Positions 1-8,370 of a stretch of DNA of 32,158 nt are shown here, piece after piece; within the stretch, counting starts at the first letter, position 1, and each line of letters begins with the position of its first letter. Position numbers and translations under genes: made by a program. Under the pieces are notes generated by a model. It was not told where the DNA came from. It saw only the letters and a list, made by a program, of their open reading frames with translations, and did no database searches. The stretch comes from Acidimicrobiales bacterium (GTDB lineage: Bacteria; Actinomycetota; Acidimicrobiia; Acidimicrobiales; RAAP-2): contig JADGOD010000008.1 in the NCBI GenBank assembly GCA_017883125.1, positions 1-32,158 on the forward strand. The letters run 5' to 3'.

Positions 1-1
1 A

Positions 2-78
2 TGGTGGAGGCGATGGGACTCGAACCCACGACCTTCTGTCTGCCAGACAGATGCTCTAGCCAGCTGAGCTACGCCCCC
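2..78 (-). tRNA. tRNA-Ala (anticodon GGC), CCA encoded
   Basis: Reverse complement GGGGGCGTAGCTCAGCTGGCTAGAGCATCTGTCTGGCAGACAGAAGGTCGTGGGTTCGAGTCCCATCGCCTCCACCA folds into a cloverleaf. Anticodon arm TCTGT-CTGGCAG-ACAGA, G3:U70 Ala identity pair, GTTCGA T-loop. Confidence 0.97.
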
Positions 79-90
79 GTGGGAAGTTCC

Positions 91-99
91 ACTCTATCA
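91..99 (-). promoter_or_regulatory. Putative extended -10 (TGnTAGAGT) for tRNA-Ala
   Basis: Minus strand reads TGATAGAGT, ending 12 nt upstream of the tRNA 5' end; fits the actinobacterial TANNNT consensus. Confidence 0.5.
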
Positions 100-158
100 G
101 CGCCTCCAGAGCACCCGATTCAGATCTTGTATTCGGCGGAGTGCCCGGGCGCACCGCG

Positions 159-164
159 TAGCAT
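159..164 (+). promoter_or_regulatory. Putative -10 (TAGCAT) of leaderless leuS transcript
   Basis: TANNNT 7 nt upstream of ATG 172; no Shine-Dalgarno. Confidence 0.6.
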
Positions 165-171
165 GACCGGA

Positions 172-2640
172 ATGGCGAGGGCATACCCGGTAGTCGAGAT
201 CGAGGCCGCGTGGCAGGAGCAGTGGCTCACCTCCGGCCTCTATGAGGTCGACAACGATGACCCACGCCAGAAATTCTACGCCCTGTGCATGTACCCCTAC
301 CCCTCGGGATCGGCCCACCAGGGCCATGTGCGGAACTACACTTTCGGCGACCTCGTCGTCCGCTATCAGACGATGCGGGGATTTGCGGTGCTCTCGCCGT
401 TCGGGTTCGACTCCTTCGGCCTTCCGGCCGAGAACGCGGCGATCAAGACCGGCAGCCACCCTCGCGAGTTCACCGACGCCCGCATCGAGGAGCTCCGCGA
501 GTCGGTCCGTCACCTGGGAGCGGTCTACGACTGGCGTCGTGAGGTCCGCAGCCACGACCCCACGTACATGCGCTGGACCCAGACGATCTTCCTCAAGCTC
601 ATGGAGCAGGGGCTCGTCTACCGCAAGATGGCTCCGGTCAACTGGTGCCCGGGGTGCAACACCGTGCTGGCCAACGAGCAGGTCTTGGGCGACGGGACGT
701 GCGAGCGATCCGGAGACCTCGTGGAGCGCCGCGACCTCGAGCAGTGGTTCTTCAAGATCACCGAGTATGCCGACGAGCTGCTGGAGGGACTTGACGATCT
801 CGAGTGGCCCGAGCGCGTCAAGACGATGCAGCGCAACTGGATCGGCCGCTCCGAGGGAGCGATGATCGACCTCGTCGTCGACGGCCGTCCCGACTTGGCG
901 GTGAGGGTCTTCACCACCCGGCCCGACACCAGCTTCGGCATGACCTATGCCGTCCTCGCTCCAGAGCACCCGCTGGTCGACGAGCTCACCACCGCCGAGC
1001 AGCGTGGCGCCGTCGACGAGCTCCGGGAGCGGGTCGCCGGGGCCAGCGACATCGAGCGAACCTCCTCCGAGGGGGGCCCGCTGACCAAGCGCGGCGCGTT
1101 CACCGGCAGCTACGTCACCAACCCCTTCACCGACGCACCGGTGCCCCTCTACGTCGCTGACTACGTGCTGATGGGCTACGGCACCGGAGCGATCATGGCC
1201 GTGCCGGCCGAGGACGACCGTGACTTCGCCTTCGCCACCGCCTACGGCTTGCCCATCATCCGGACCACCGAGCCAGAGGGCGGTCTCCCTGATGACTTCG
1301 ACTCCGCCTACACCGGCGATGGGATCAAGGTGAACAGCGGGTTCTTGGATGGCCTCGGCGTCATCGAGGCCAAGGCCACGGCGATCCGATGGCTCGAAGA
1401 CAAGGGGCACGGTCACGGAACGGTCAACTACCGGCTCCGGGACTGGCTGGTCTCGCGTCAGCGGTTCTGGGGCTGTCCGATACCGATCATCCACTGCCCC
1501 GACTGCGGCATCGTCCCGGTGCCGGCCGATCAGCTCCCCGTGGTGGCTCCCGACGACGTCGAGTTCACGCCATCGGGCCAGTCGCCGCTGGCCACCCACG
1601 AGGGCTTCGTCAACGTGGCGTGCCCCCGCTGCGCCAAAGCCGCCCGTCGGGAGACCGACACGATGGACACCTTCGTCGACTCGTCCTGGTACTTCTTGCG
1701 CTTCACCGACCCCTTCAGCCCTGACGCGCCGTTCTCACCCGAGGCGGCAGCCCACTGGATGCCCGTCGACCAGTACATCGGCGGGATCGAGCACGCGATC
1801 TTGCACCTGCTCTACGCGCGCTTCTTCACCAAGGCCCTGATCGATGTCGGACTCGCTCCTGGCGTGAGCCGCGAGCCCTTCCGCAGCCTCTTCACCCAGG
1901 GGATGATCCGCATGGACGGATCGAAGATGTCGAAGTCGAAGGGCAACCTGGTGGCGCCGACCAAGTACTACGAGTCCGTCGGTGCCGACGGGCTGCGCCT
2001 CTTCCACCTCTTCGTCGGGCCGCCGGCTGACGACTTCGACTGGACCGAGCAGACCGATCAGGTGATCGAAGGCTGCGGCAGGTTCCTGGACCGCCTGTGG
2101 CGCCTCACAACCACCTCCTACGCGTCGCGTCCCGGTGGAGCGACGAGCGATGAGGACCTCGAGGTCCGCCGGGCCGTCCACCGAGCGATCAAGAAGGTCA
2201 CCGACGACCTCGACCGCTGGAGCTACAACACCGCGGTGGCTCAGCTCATGGAGCTGGTGAACCACCTCCAGCGCTACGTGCGGTCCGAGGTCGGACCGGC
2301 ACAGGGCGTCCTGGACGAGGCGATCGATGCCCTGCTCCTGCTCCTGGCCCCGATGGCACCCCACGTCCCCGCTGAGCTCTATCAGCGGCGACACGGGCTC
2401 CACATCCACGAAGAGGCCTGGCCGTCGTACGACCCTGTGCTGGTCCAGGCGGAGACCACGACGATGGTCGTCCAGATCCTGGGCAAGGTCCGAGACCGGA
2501 TCGAGGTGGACAGCGCAATCTCCGAGGACGAGGCGGCCGCCCTGGCGCTGTCGTCGGAGAAGATCATCGCCGAGCTCGATGGCCGCGTCCCGAGCCGCGT
2601 GATCTCCCGGCCACCGAAGCTCGTCAATCTCGTGCTCTGA
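172..2640 (+). CDS. leuS: Leucine--tRNA ligase
   Basis: MYPYPSG..HQGHVRNY (HIGH variant), CP1 editing domain FTTRPDT, RLRDWLVSRQRFWG, YIGGIEHAILHLLY, KMSKSKGN. The ORF-track start at 1 overlaps the antisense tRNA, so I placed the start at ATG 172 using the -10 element (ATG 163 is the alternative). Confidence 0.97.
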   Translation: MARAYPVVEIEAAWQEQWLTSGLYEVDNDDPRQKFYALCMYPYPSGSAHQGHVRNYTFGDLVVRYQTMRGFAVLSPFGFDSFGLPAENAAIKTGSHPREFTDARIEELRESVRHLGAVYDWRREVRSHDPTYMRWTQTIFLKLMEQGLVYRKMAPVNWCPGCNTVLANEQVLGDGTCERSGDLVERRDLEQWFFKITEYADELLEGLDDLEWPERVKTMQRNWIGRSEGAMIDLVVDGRPDLAVRVFTTRPDTSFGMTYAVLAPEHPLVDELTTAEQRGAVDELRERVAGASDIERTSSEGGPLTKRGAFTGSYVTNPFTDAPVPLYVADYVLMGYGTGAIMAVPAEDDRDFAFATAYGLPIIRTTEPEGGLPDDFDSAYTGDGIKVNSGFLDGLGVIEAKATAIRWLEDKGHGHGTVNYRLRDWLVSRQRFWGCPIPIIHCPDCGIVPVPADQLPVVAPDDVEFTPSGQSPLATHEGFVNVACPRCAKAARRETDTMDTFVDSSWYFLRFTDPFSPDAPFSPEAAAHWMPVDQYIGGIEHAILHLLYARFFTKALIDVGLAPGVSREPFRSLFTQGMIRMDGSKMSKSKGNLVAPTKYYESVGADGLRLFHLFVGPPADDFDWTEQTDQVIEGCGRFLDRLWRLTTTSYASRPGGATSDEDLEVRRAVHRAIKKVTDDLDRWSYNTAVAQLMELVNHLQRYVRSEVGPAQGVLDEAIDALLLLLAPMAPHVPAELYQRRHGLHIHEEAWPSYDPVLVQAETTTMVVQILGKVRDRIEVDSAISEDEAAALALSSEKIIAELDGRVPSRVISRPPKLVNLVL

Positions 2641-2641
2641 G

Positions 2642-3316
2642 ATGGGTGCCAAGCGGCCGAAGGCACCCCGGCCCGCGGTGGTGATCGAACATCGCCCGGC
2701 CGGGGAGGCCAGACCCGCACTCGAGATCCGGTCGAGCACGCGGCGCAAGAAGACGGCCACGGCATGGTGGCAGGGCCAGACCCTGATCGTGGCAGTCCCC
2801 GCTCACGTCCGAGGGTCTGAACGAGAGGAGATCATCGAGTGGCTGATCCAGCGCTCGCATCGCCGCCGCCCGACGATGGCGGCGTCAGACCCCGAGCTCT
2901 TGGAGCGGGCCAGGATCCTGGTGAAGACCTACGACCTTCGCGTGGAGCCGGCGTCTGTCCGGTTCGTCAGCACCCAGAATCGGCGCTGGGGGTCCTGCAC
3001 GCCCGAGACCGGGGCGATCAGGCTGTCGGACCGTCTGGCCCCCGTGCCGGGATGGGTCCTCGACGCCGTGCTCGTCCACGAGCTCGCTCACCTCGCGCAT
3101 GCGGATCACGGGGAGGACTTCCGGCGGCTGGCGGATCGATTCCCCCGTCAGAAGGAGGCGTCGATCTTCCTGGACGGCTTCCATCTGGGCTCTGAGATCG
3201 TGGGCAGTCGGGATCATGTGGCCTCCGAGGGCGAGATCGCCAGCCCACTTGAGGCCCCGGTGACGCCCGATCCGCCGTCCTCTGGCGGGGATCAGGGTCC
3301 CACCACCTTGTTCTGA
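2642..3316 (+). CDS. YgjP/DUF45-family (SprT-like/M48) zinc metallohydrolase
   Basis: RWGSC, IRLSDRL and VLVHELAHL...HGEDF (HExxH plus downstream H). Starts 1 nt after the leuS stop. Confidence 0.85.
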   Translation: MGAKRPKAPRPAVVIEHRPAGEARPALEIRSSTRRKKTATAWWQGQTLIVAVPAHVRGSEREEIIEWLIQRSHRRRPTMAASDPELLERARILVKTYDLRVEPASVRFVSTQNRRWGSCTPETGAIRLSDRLAPVPGWVLDAVLVHELAHLAHADHGEDFRRLADRFPRQKEASIFLDGFHLGSEIVGSRDHVASEGEIASPLEAPVTPDPPSSGGDQGPTTLF

Positions 3317-3334
3317 GCGTCTCGGGCGAGGGGC

Positions 3335-4222
3335 TCAGGACTCTTCGCCGCGGAGGAACTGCTCGAGCTCGGCAGCGAGCTCGTCGCCCGAGGGGATGTC
3401 ACTGATCCCGAAGGGGTTCCCCTCCGTCGAGTCCACAGTGGCCTCAAGGGTCTTGAGCATGGCGAGGTGCTCGGGGTTCGACGAGATCAGCTCGTCGATC
3501 TGGCGGCGCGTCGACTCCGCGGCGTCGACCAGGTCGGCCGTGTCGAGCGAGAGCTCCGCGACCCGACCGAGCCCTTCGATCAGTGCGATCGACGCTTGAG
3601 GGAACGACATGGCGGCAACGTAGTGAGGGACGCGTGCCCAGAGCGAGATCATGTCGATCCCGCTCTGCCCACAGCCCAGCTCCAGGGCGGCGCTGATGCC
3701 GGCGGGCACCTCGAGCTCTCCGGAGACGGGACCGACCTGCTGGAGGAGGCGGGACGACTCGGCGGGAGCGGTCGCGGTCAGCTTGACGGGCCGGGTGTGG
3801 GGCGCAGGTGCGGGGAAGGCCCCGAGTCCGACGACGAGGCGGACCTCCAGGCGCTCCGCCAGCTCGACGACAGCGTCGACGAACCCAGCCCAGTAGACGT
3901 CGGGCTCCGGACCGATCAGGTACAGGACGTCGCGACCCACCTTGTCGACACCGACACGGAGCTGGATCTCGGGCCACGTGAGCGACTCGGTCACACCGTC
4001 GACGATGCGAGCCAGCGGCCGACGGGCCCGTTGGTCGATGAGGGCCTCGTTGTCGAAGGTGGCCAGCAGCTCTGTGGTCTCTGATTCGAGGAGCGTGGCC
4101 ATCGCCACCGATGCCCCGAGGCCGGCATCGATCCATCCTTCGAGAACGACCACCATGACCGGCTCGTGGAGACCGGGGTCCTCAAGGAGGTCGTACAGCG
4201 GTTCTCCGGTTCGATCGCTCAC
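3335..4222 (-). CDS. PAC2 family (proteasome assembly chaperone-like) protein
   Basis: LEGWIDAG, IDQRARRP, GPEPD, PHTRP, LWARVPHY and C-terminal IPSGDELAAELEQFLR, typical of actinobacterial PAC2 proteins. GTG start overlaps the upstream stop (GTGA). Confidence 0.88.
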   Translation of the reverse strand: MSDRTGEPLYDLLEDPGLHEPVMVVVLEGWIDAGLGASVAMATLLESETTELLATFDNEALIDQRARRPLARIVDGVTESLTWPEIQLRVGVDKVGRDVLYLIGPEPDVYWAGFVDAVVELAERLEVRLVVGLGAFPAPAPHTRPVKLTATAPAESSRLLQQVGPVSGELEVPAGISAALELGCGQSGIDMISLWARVPHYVAAMSFPQASIALIEGLGRVAELSLDTADLVDAAESTRRQIDELISSNPEHLAMLKTLEATVDSTEGNPFGISDIPSGDELAAELEQFLRGEES

Positions 4223-5274
4223 GCAGAGGCCTCCGCCAGGGTCGTCTCCGCAGTCTCGGCCAGCTGCTGGATGTGGGATGGGTAGGAGTCCACGCTGGAC
4301 TGGTCGCCCGCTCCGGCTCCGGCCTGGTAGCGGGCGTAGACGCCCTGGAGGATGCAGGCGAGCTTCCAGAAGCCGAAGGCCTGGTAGTAGCTGACCTGGC
4401 GGAGATCGAGGTCGCTGGCCGAGGCGTAGGCGTCGACGATCTCGGACCGGGTGCAGAAGCCCTCCGCGGAGGTGGGCGACTGTCCGACGAGGGCGACGGT
4501 GTCGTCGCCGGGCTCCGACCAGTAGTCCAGCAGGAGGCCGAGGTCGGCCATCGGGTCCCCGAGGGTGCAGATCTCCCAGTCGAGGATGGCTTTGACCTTG
4601 CCATCATCGTCGAGGATCGTGTTGTCGAGGCGGTAGTCGCCGTGGACGACGGTGGACCGCTGCTGGAACGGGATCCGGGCCGCCAGCTGGTCACCGACGC
4701 GCTCGACGACCTCGCCGTGGGTCATGTCCGGAGTCCTCATCTGCTCATACTGCCCGCGCCAGCGCCTCAGCTGGCGCTCGATGTAGCCCTCCTTCTTGGC
4801 TAGCGTCCCGAGCCCGACGGCGTCGACATCGACGGCGTGGAGCTGGGCCAAGGTGGTGGCGAGGTTGATGCCGATCTGGTGTCGCTGCTCGAGTGGGAAG
4901 GAGGCCTCTACGACGGCTGCGGTGCGCAGGATGTGGCCTTCGACGAACTCCATCACGTAGAAGGGGCGCTCGTTGACCGACTCATCCACGCAGAGCCCGA
5001 GGGTCTTCGGGACGGGCACTCCCGCGGGCCACAAGGCCGAGATGATGGTGTGCTCGCGGACCATGTCATGTGCCGTGGGCAGCACGTGGCTCACCGGCGG
5101 TCGGCGAAGCGCCATGGCCATGCCGTTGGTGTCGGTGACCCTGTAGGAGAGGTTGGAGCGTCCTCCGGCCACGAGTTCGAACGTGAACGGGGCGGTGGCT
5201 CCCCCCACGTTCTCCTCGAGCCAGGCCGAGACCCGCTCGACGTCGATCCCCACTGGTCCACCGCTCGAAGCCAT
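4219..5274 (-). CDS. Phosphotransferase family protein (APH-like, ACAD10/11 N-terminal type)
   Basis: GGRSNLSY, LRRPP..HVLPTAHDMVREH, Brenner motif HGDYRLDN, ILDWEICTLGDPMADLG. Confidence 0.9.
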   Translation of the reverse strand: MASSGGPVGIDVERVSAWLEENVGGATAPFTFELVAGGRSNLSYRVTDTNGMAMALRRPPVSHVLPTAHDMVREHTIISALWPAGVPVPKTLGLCVDESVNERPFYVMEFVEGHILRTAAVVEASFPLEQRHQIGINLATTLAQLHAVDVDAVGLGTLAKKEGYIERQLRRWRGQYEQMRTPDMTHGEVVERVGDQLAARIPFQQRSTVVHGDYRLDNTILDDDGKVKAILDWEICTLGDPMADLGLLLDYWSEPGDDTVALVGQSPTSAEGFCTRSEIVDAYASASDLDLRQVSYYQAFGFWKLACILQGVYARYQAGAGAGDQSSVDSYPSHIQQLAETAETTLAEASA

Positions 5275-5280
5275 TCTTGG

Positions 5281-5286
5281 ACGCTA
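5281..5286 (-). promoter_or_regulatory. Putative -10 (TAGCGT) of leaderless phosphotransferase-PAC2 transcript
   Basis: Minus-strand TAGCGT, 6 nt upstream of ATG 5274. Confidence 0.55.
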
Positions 5287-5321
5287 CCGCTTCGCTCGGG
5301 CCTGATGTCTTGGCGGACCGG

Positions 5322-5327
5322 TATCCT
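5322..5327 (+). promoter_or_regulatory. Putative -10 (TATCCT) of leaderless thioredoxin-folP-holA transcript
   Basis: TANNNT 7 nt upstream of GTG 5335. Confidence 0.55.
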
Positions 5328-5334
5328 CGGTGAC

Positions 5335-6042
5335 GTGATCGATGTCACTGACGCAACGTTCGAAGCAGAGGTTCTCGAGAGGTCTCGGTCGACCCCGGTG
5401 GTGGTGGACCTGTGGGCCACCTGGTGCGGGCCATGCACCACGCTCGGGCCGATGCTCGAAGCAGCCGTGGCCGCCCGGGGCGGCACGGTGGAGCTCGTGA
5501 AGGTCGATGTCGATGCCAACCCCGGGATCTCTCAGATGTTCCAGGTCCAGTCGATCCCTGCCGTCTTCGCCGTCGTTGACGGCAAGGTGGTGGGGCAGTT
5601 CGTCGGTGCCGTCCCTGCTGCCGAGATCGAGGCGTTCCTCGATCGGATCGCTCCTGAGCCGTCGGTCACCGACCTCCTCGTGGCCGCCGGTGACGAGGAG
5701 TCTCTGCGGGCGGCGCTCGACCAGGAGCCGGGTCACACCGGTGCCATCGTGGCGATGGCACGCCTCCTGATCGACACCTCCAAGCCAGCCGAGGCCCTGG
5801 AGATGCTGGTCAAGGTGCCCGAGACCGATGAGGTCCGCACCCTGATGGCCGAGGCGCGCCTCGCGGAGCAGGAGATCGATACCTCTCGCCAGGCGATCAT
5901 CCCGCTGCTCGACGATCTCCTCGAGAGGGTCGCCACCGACGAGGGCGCCCGCCAGGAGTTCCTCGACCTCCTCCAGACGCTCGGTCAGGATGATCCGACA
6001 GCGTCGGCCTACCGCAAGAAGCTCGCGACGAAGCTGTTCTGA
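5335..6042 (+). CDS. Thioredoxin-TPR chaperedoxin (CnoX/YbbN-like)
   Basis: IDVTDATFEAEVLERS, VVVDLWATWCGPC, QSIPAVFA, helical TPR-like C-terminus ending YRKKLATKLF. Start GTG 5335; the upstream part of ORF 4837 is antisense to the kinase. Confidence 0.9.
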   Translation: MIDVTDATFEAEVLERSRSTPVVVDLWATWCGPCTTLGPMLEAAVAARGGTVELVKVDVDANPGISQMFQVQSIPAVFAVVDGKVVGQFVGAVPAAEIEAFLDRIAPEPSVTDLLVAAGDEESLRAALDQEPGHTGAIVAMARLLIDTSKPAEALEMLVKVPETDEVRTLMAEARLAEQEIDTSRQAIIPLLDDLLERVATDEGARQEFLDLLQTLGQDDPTASAYRKKLATKLF

Positions 6043-6048
6043 GTCAGC

Positions 6049-6906
6049 GTGGCGCTCACCTCTCAGGTCTCGGCCTCCGCGCTGTCGCTTGGCCCACGTC
6101 GCTATGACGTGACGAACCGGGCCTTGGTCATGGGGATCCTCAACCGGACGCCGGACTCCTTCTACGACCGTGGGGAGAGCTTCGCCTTCGACAGGTTCCT
6201 GGCGAAGGCCGACGAGCACGTGGCCGGTGGTGCTGACCTGCTTGACGTCGGCGGCGTCAAGGCCGGACCCGGTGAGGAGGTGACCGAGGCCGAGGAGCTC
6301 GATCGGGTGGTCACCGCAGTCGAGTCGCTGGTCGCTCGCTTCGACGTCCCGATCTCGGTCGACACCTGGCGGGCGTCGGTCGCCAAGGCGTGCTTCGACG
6401 CCGGGGCCGTGGTGGGCAACGACATCAGTGGCTTCGGCGACCCCGACTACCTCGACGTGGCCGCCGCGGCCGGAGCGAGCGTGGTGGCCACCCACATCCG
6501 ACTCAAGCCCCGAGTGGCGGACCCGAATCCCCAGTACGGGGACGTCGTCGGGGCGGTCAAGGAGTTCCTCCTCGACCGCGCCGGCCGGGCCCGTGCGGCG
6601 GGGATCCCCGCCGAGAGGATCATCGTCGATGCGGGGCTCGATCTCGGGAAGACGGCGGCACAGTCGCTCGCGCTCCTGCGGTCCTCCGCCGTGCTGGCCG
6701 ACCTCGGCTACCCGCTCCTGCTCTCTGCCTCGAACAAGACGTTCCTCGGTGCGCTCCTCGATCTCGAGGTCGGCGAGCGGAGAGAGGCGTCGCTCTCGGC
6801 GTGCGCGCTGGGGATCCTGCGGGGCTGTCGTGTGCTCCGCGTCCACTACGTGGCCGGGACCGTCGTCGTCCGAGATGCCATCGAGGCAGTGCTCGGAGCC
6901 CCATGA
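6049..6906 (+). CDS. folP: Dihydropteroate synthase family protein, FolP2-like
   Basis: MGILNRTPDSFYD, DVGGVKAGPG, ISVDTWR, NDISG, SASNKTFLG, RVH. The motif variants resemble actinobacterial FolP2 more than canonical FolP1. Confidence 0.88.
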   Translation: MALTSQVSASALSLGPRRYDVTNRALVMGILNRTPDSFYDRGESFAFDRFLAKADEHVAGGADLLDVGGVKAGPGEEVTEAEELDRVVTAVESLVARFDVPISVDTWRASVAKACFDAGAVVGNDISGFGDPDYLDVAAAAGASVVATHIRLKPRVADPNPQYGDVVGAVKEFLLDRAGRARAAGIPAERIIVDAGLDLGKTAAQSLALLRSSAVLADLGYPLLLSASNKTFLGALLDLEVGERREASLSACALGILRGCRVLRVHYVAGTVVVRDAIEAVLGAP

Positions 6907-7904
6907 CGACGAAGAAGGCGGCTGCGGCCCCCCCGGTGGTGATCGTGACCGGGGAGGACGACGCCATGATCGGCAGCGAGGTGCGGATCGTCCTCGAGGA
7001 GCTGCTGGCAGGCCGTGATCCGGCGTTCGTGGTTGAAGAGGTGGGAGGTGTCGGTCCAGAGGAGATCGACGTGGGCGCCATCATCGATGCCTTCACGACG
7101 CCCCCGTTCCTGGTCGATCGGAGGATCGTGGTCGTCCGGGATGCCGGCCGGATCGATGCCGACGGAGCCAAGAGGCTCGTCGCGACGCTGAGCCCTCCGC
7201 CGCCCGACGCCGCCCTCGTCCTCGTGAAGGGGTCCAAGGCGATCCCGAGGAGCCTGATCAAGGCGGCCAGCTCGGTCGGCCACGTCGTCGACGTCTCCGT
7301 CCGCAAGGCCGCGGAGAAGAAGAACTACCTGGCCGAGCACTTCCGCCATGGGTCGGTCCGGCTCTCCGTGGGAGCACAGAACATGCTGAGCGCTCACCTG
7401 GGTGAGGAGCTCGGTCGCCTCGACAGCATCCTTGCCACGCTGGCCGCTGCGTACGGCGACGGGGTGACGGTCGACGAAGAGATGCTCAAGCCCTTCTTGG
7501 GCAGCCGCGGGTCGGTCCCGATCTTCGACCTGACTGACGCCGTCGAGAGAGGGAACATCGCGATCGCACTCGGGGTCGTCGACCGGATGATGGGCCCCGG
7601 CGGAGCGTCAGGGCACGAGATCGTGGCGTCGCTGGACAACCATCTGACGAAGGCAGCCCGTCTGCACGGTGCGGCGATCCGCTCCGGAGAAGACGCGGCG
7701 GCGATCCTCGGCGGCCATGCCTATCCGGCGAAGAAGGCGCTCGATCTCTCTCGACGACTCGACATCGAGGATCTCGCGGGGTGCATCCGGCTCATCGCCG
7801 AGGCCGATCTCGACCTGAAGGGAGGCAGCGGGCTCTCCGAGCGGATGATCGTCGAGATCCTCGTGGCGCGCTTGGCGCGCACCTTGGGGGCCGTCCGTCA
7901 CTAG
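6903..7904 (+). CDS. holA: DNA polymerase III subunit delta
   Basis: VIVTGEDD, TPPFLVDRRIVVVRDA, IFDLTDAV, ADLDLKGG, EILVARLA. ATGA overlap with the folP stop; convergent with rpsT, which is conserved synteny. Confidence 0.9.
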   Translation: MTTKKAAAAPPVVIVTGEDDAMIGSEVRIVLEELLAGRDPAFVVEEVGGVGPEEIDVGAIIDAFTTPPFLVDRRIVVVRDAGRIDADGAKRLVATLSPPPPDAALVLVKGSKAIPRSLIKAASSVGHVVDVSVRKAAEKKNYLAEHFRHGSVRLSVGAQNMLSAHLGEELGRLDSILATLAAAYGDGVTVDEEMLKPFLGSRGSVPIFDLTDAVERGNIAIALGVVDRMMGPGGASGHEIVASLDNHLTKAARLHGAAIRSGEDAAAILGGHAYPAKKALDLSRRLDIEDLAGCIRLIAEADLDLKGGSGLSERMIVEILVARLARTLGAVRH

Positions 7905-7912
7905 GACGAGGA

Positions 7913-7928
7913 GCCGCCGATGGGCGGC
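7913..7928. terminator. Possible bidirectional hairpin between convergent holA and rpsT
   Basis: GCCGCC-GATG-GGCGGC, a perfect 6-bp GC stem in the 31-nt gap; no U-tract. Confidence 0.35.
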
Positions 7929-7935
7929 GGGGGAC

Positions 7936-8205
7936 TCAGGAAGCGGTGTTGATCGCGTTGATCCGACGCATGAGGCGGCGCTTGCGGTTCGCCGCCTGGT
8001 TCTTGTGGATCACGCCGGAAGCCGCTGCCTTGTCGATGCGCTTGACCGCCAGGCGGAGGTCGGCGACCGACGACTCGCTCTTGGCCTCGGCCGAGGCGAT
8101 CGCACCCTTGGTCCGGGTCTTGAGCTCGGAGCGCACGGCCTTGTTGGCGAGGCGAAGACGCTCGTTCTGACGGTTGCGCTTGATCTGACTACGGATGTTT
8201 GCCAC
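7936..8205 (-). CDS. rpsT: 30S ribosomal protein S20
   Basis: MANIRSQIKRNRQNE...IDKAAASGVIHKNQAANRK. GTG start with GAGGA Shine-Dalgarno; extended -10 TGCTATCTT at about 8281-8273. Confidence 0.97.
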   Translation of the reverse strand: MANIRSQIKRNRQNERLRLANKAVRSELKTRTKGAIASAEAKSESSVADLRLAVKRIDKAAASGVIHKNQAANRKRRLMRRINAINTAS

Positions 8206-8370
8206 AGGGTCCTCAGGGGTGGTGGGGCTTCAAAAGAAGATGTACATAACTGCCGGTGAACTCGGCCTTCCAAAGATAGCAGGCCACCGGGGGTAGATCC
8301 AAGAGGGCCCTGGGCGGCGACCATGGGGCCCGCCGGGGTGCGCCCCCGGCCCCGGTACGCTTGTCGGATC

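Noticed and set aside
1..171. 57-aa N-terminal extension of LeuRS in the ORF track
   Set aside because: It is the antisense of tRNA-Ala plus the divergent promoter region; LeuRS-like sequence and the -10 point to ATG 172.
4219..5274. Aminoglycoside resistance gene
   Set aside because: Motifs match the ACAD10-like metabolic phosphotransferase subfamily, not characterised APH resistance enzymes.
4837..5334. Apparent N-terminal fusions on thioredoxin (likewise holA 6390, ybeY 14358, CNNM 14963, recO 19993, ppdK 25412, ABC ATPase 25596)
   Set aside because: Longest-ORF artefacts overlapping neighbouring genes; downstream starts have stop/start overlaps, an RBS or -10 support.
8325..8355. GC-rich inverted repeats between divergent rpsT and lepA
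   Set aside because: Low-complexity G/C runs pair easily by chance; no recognisable riboswitch or ncRNA.
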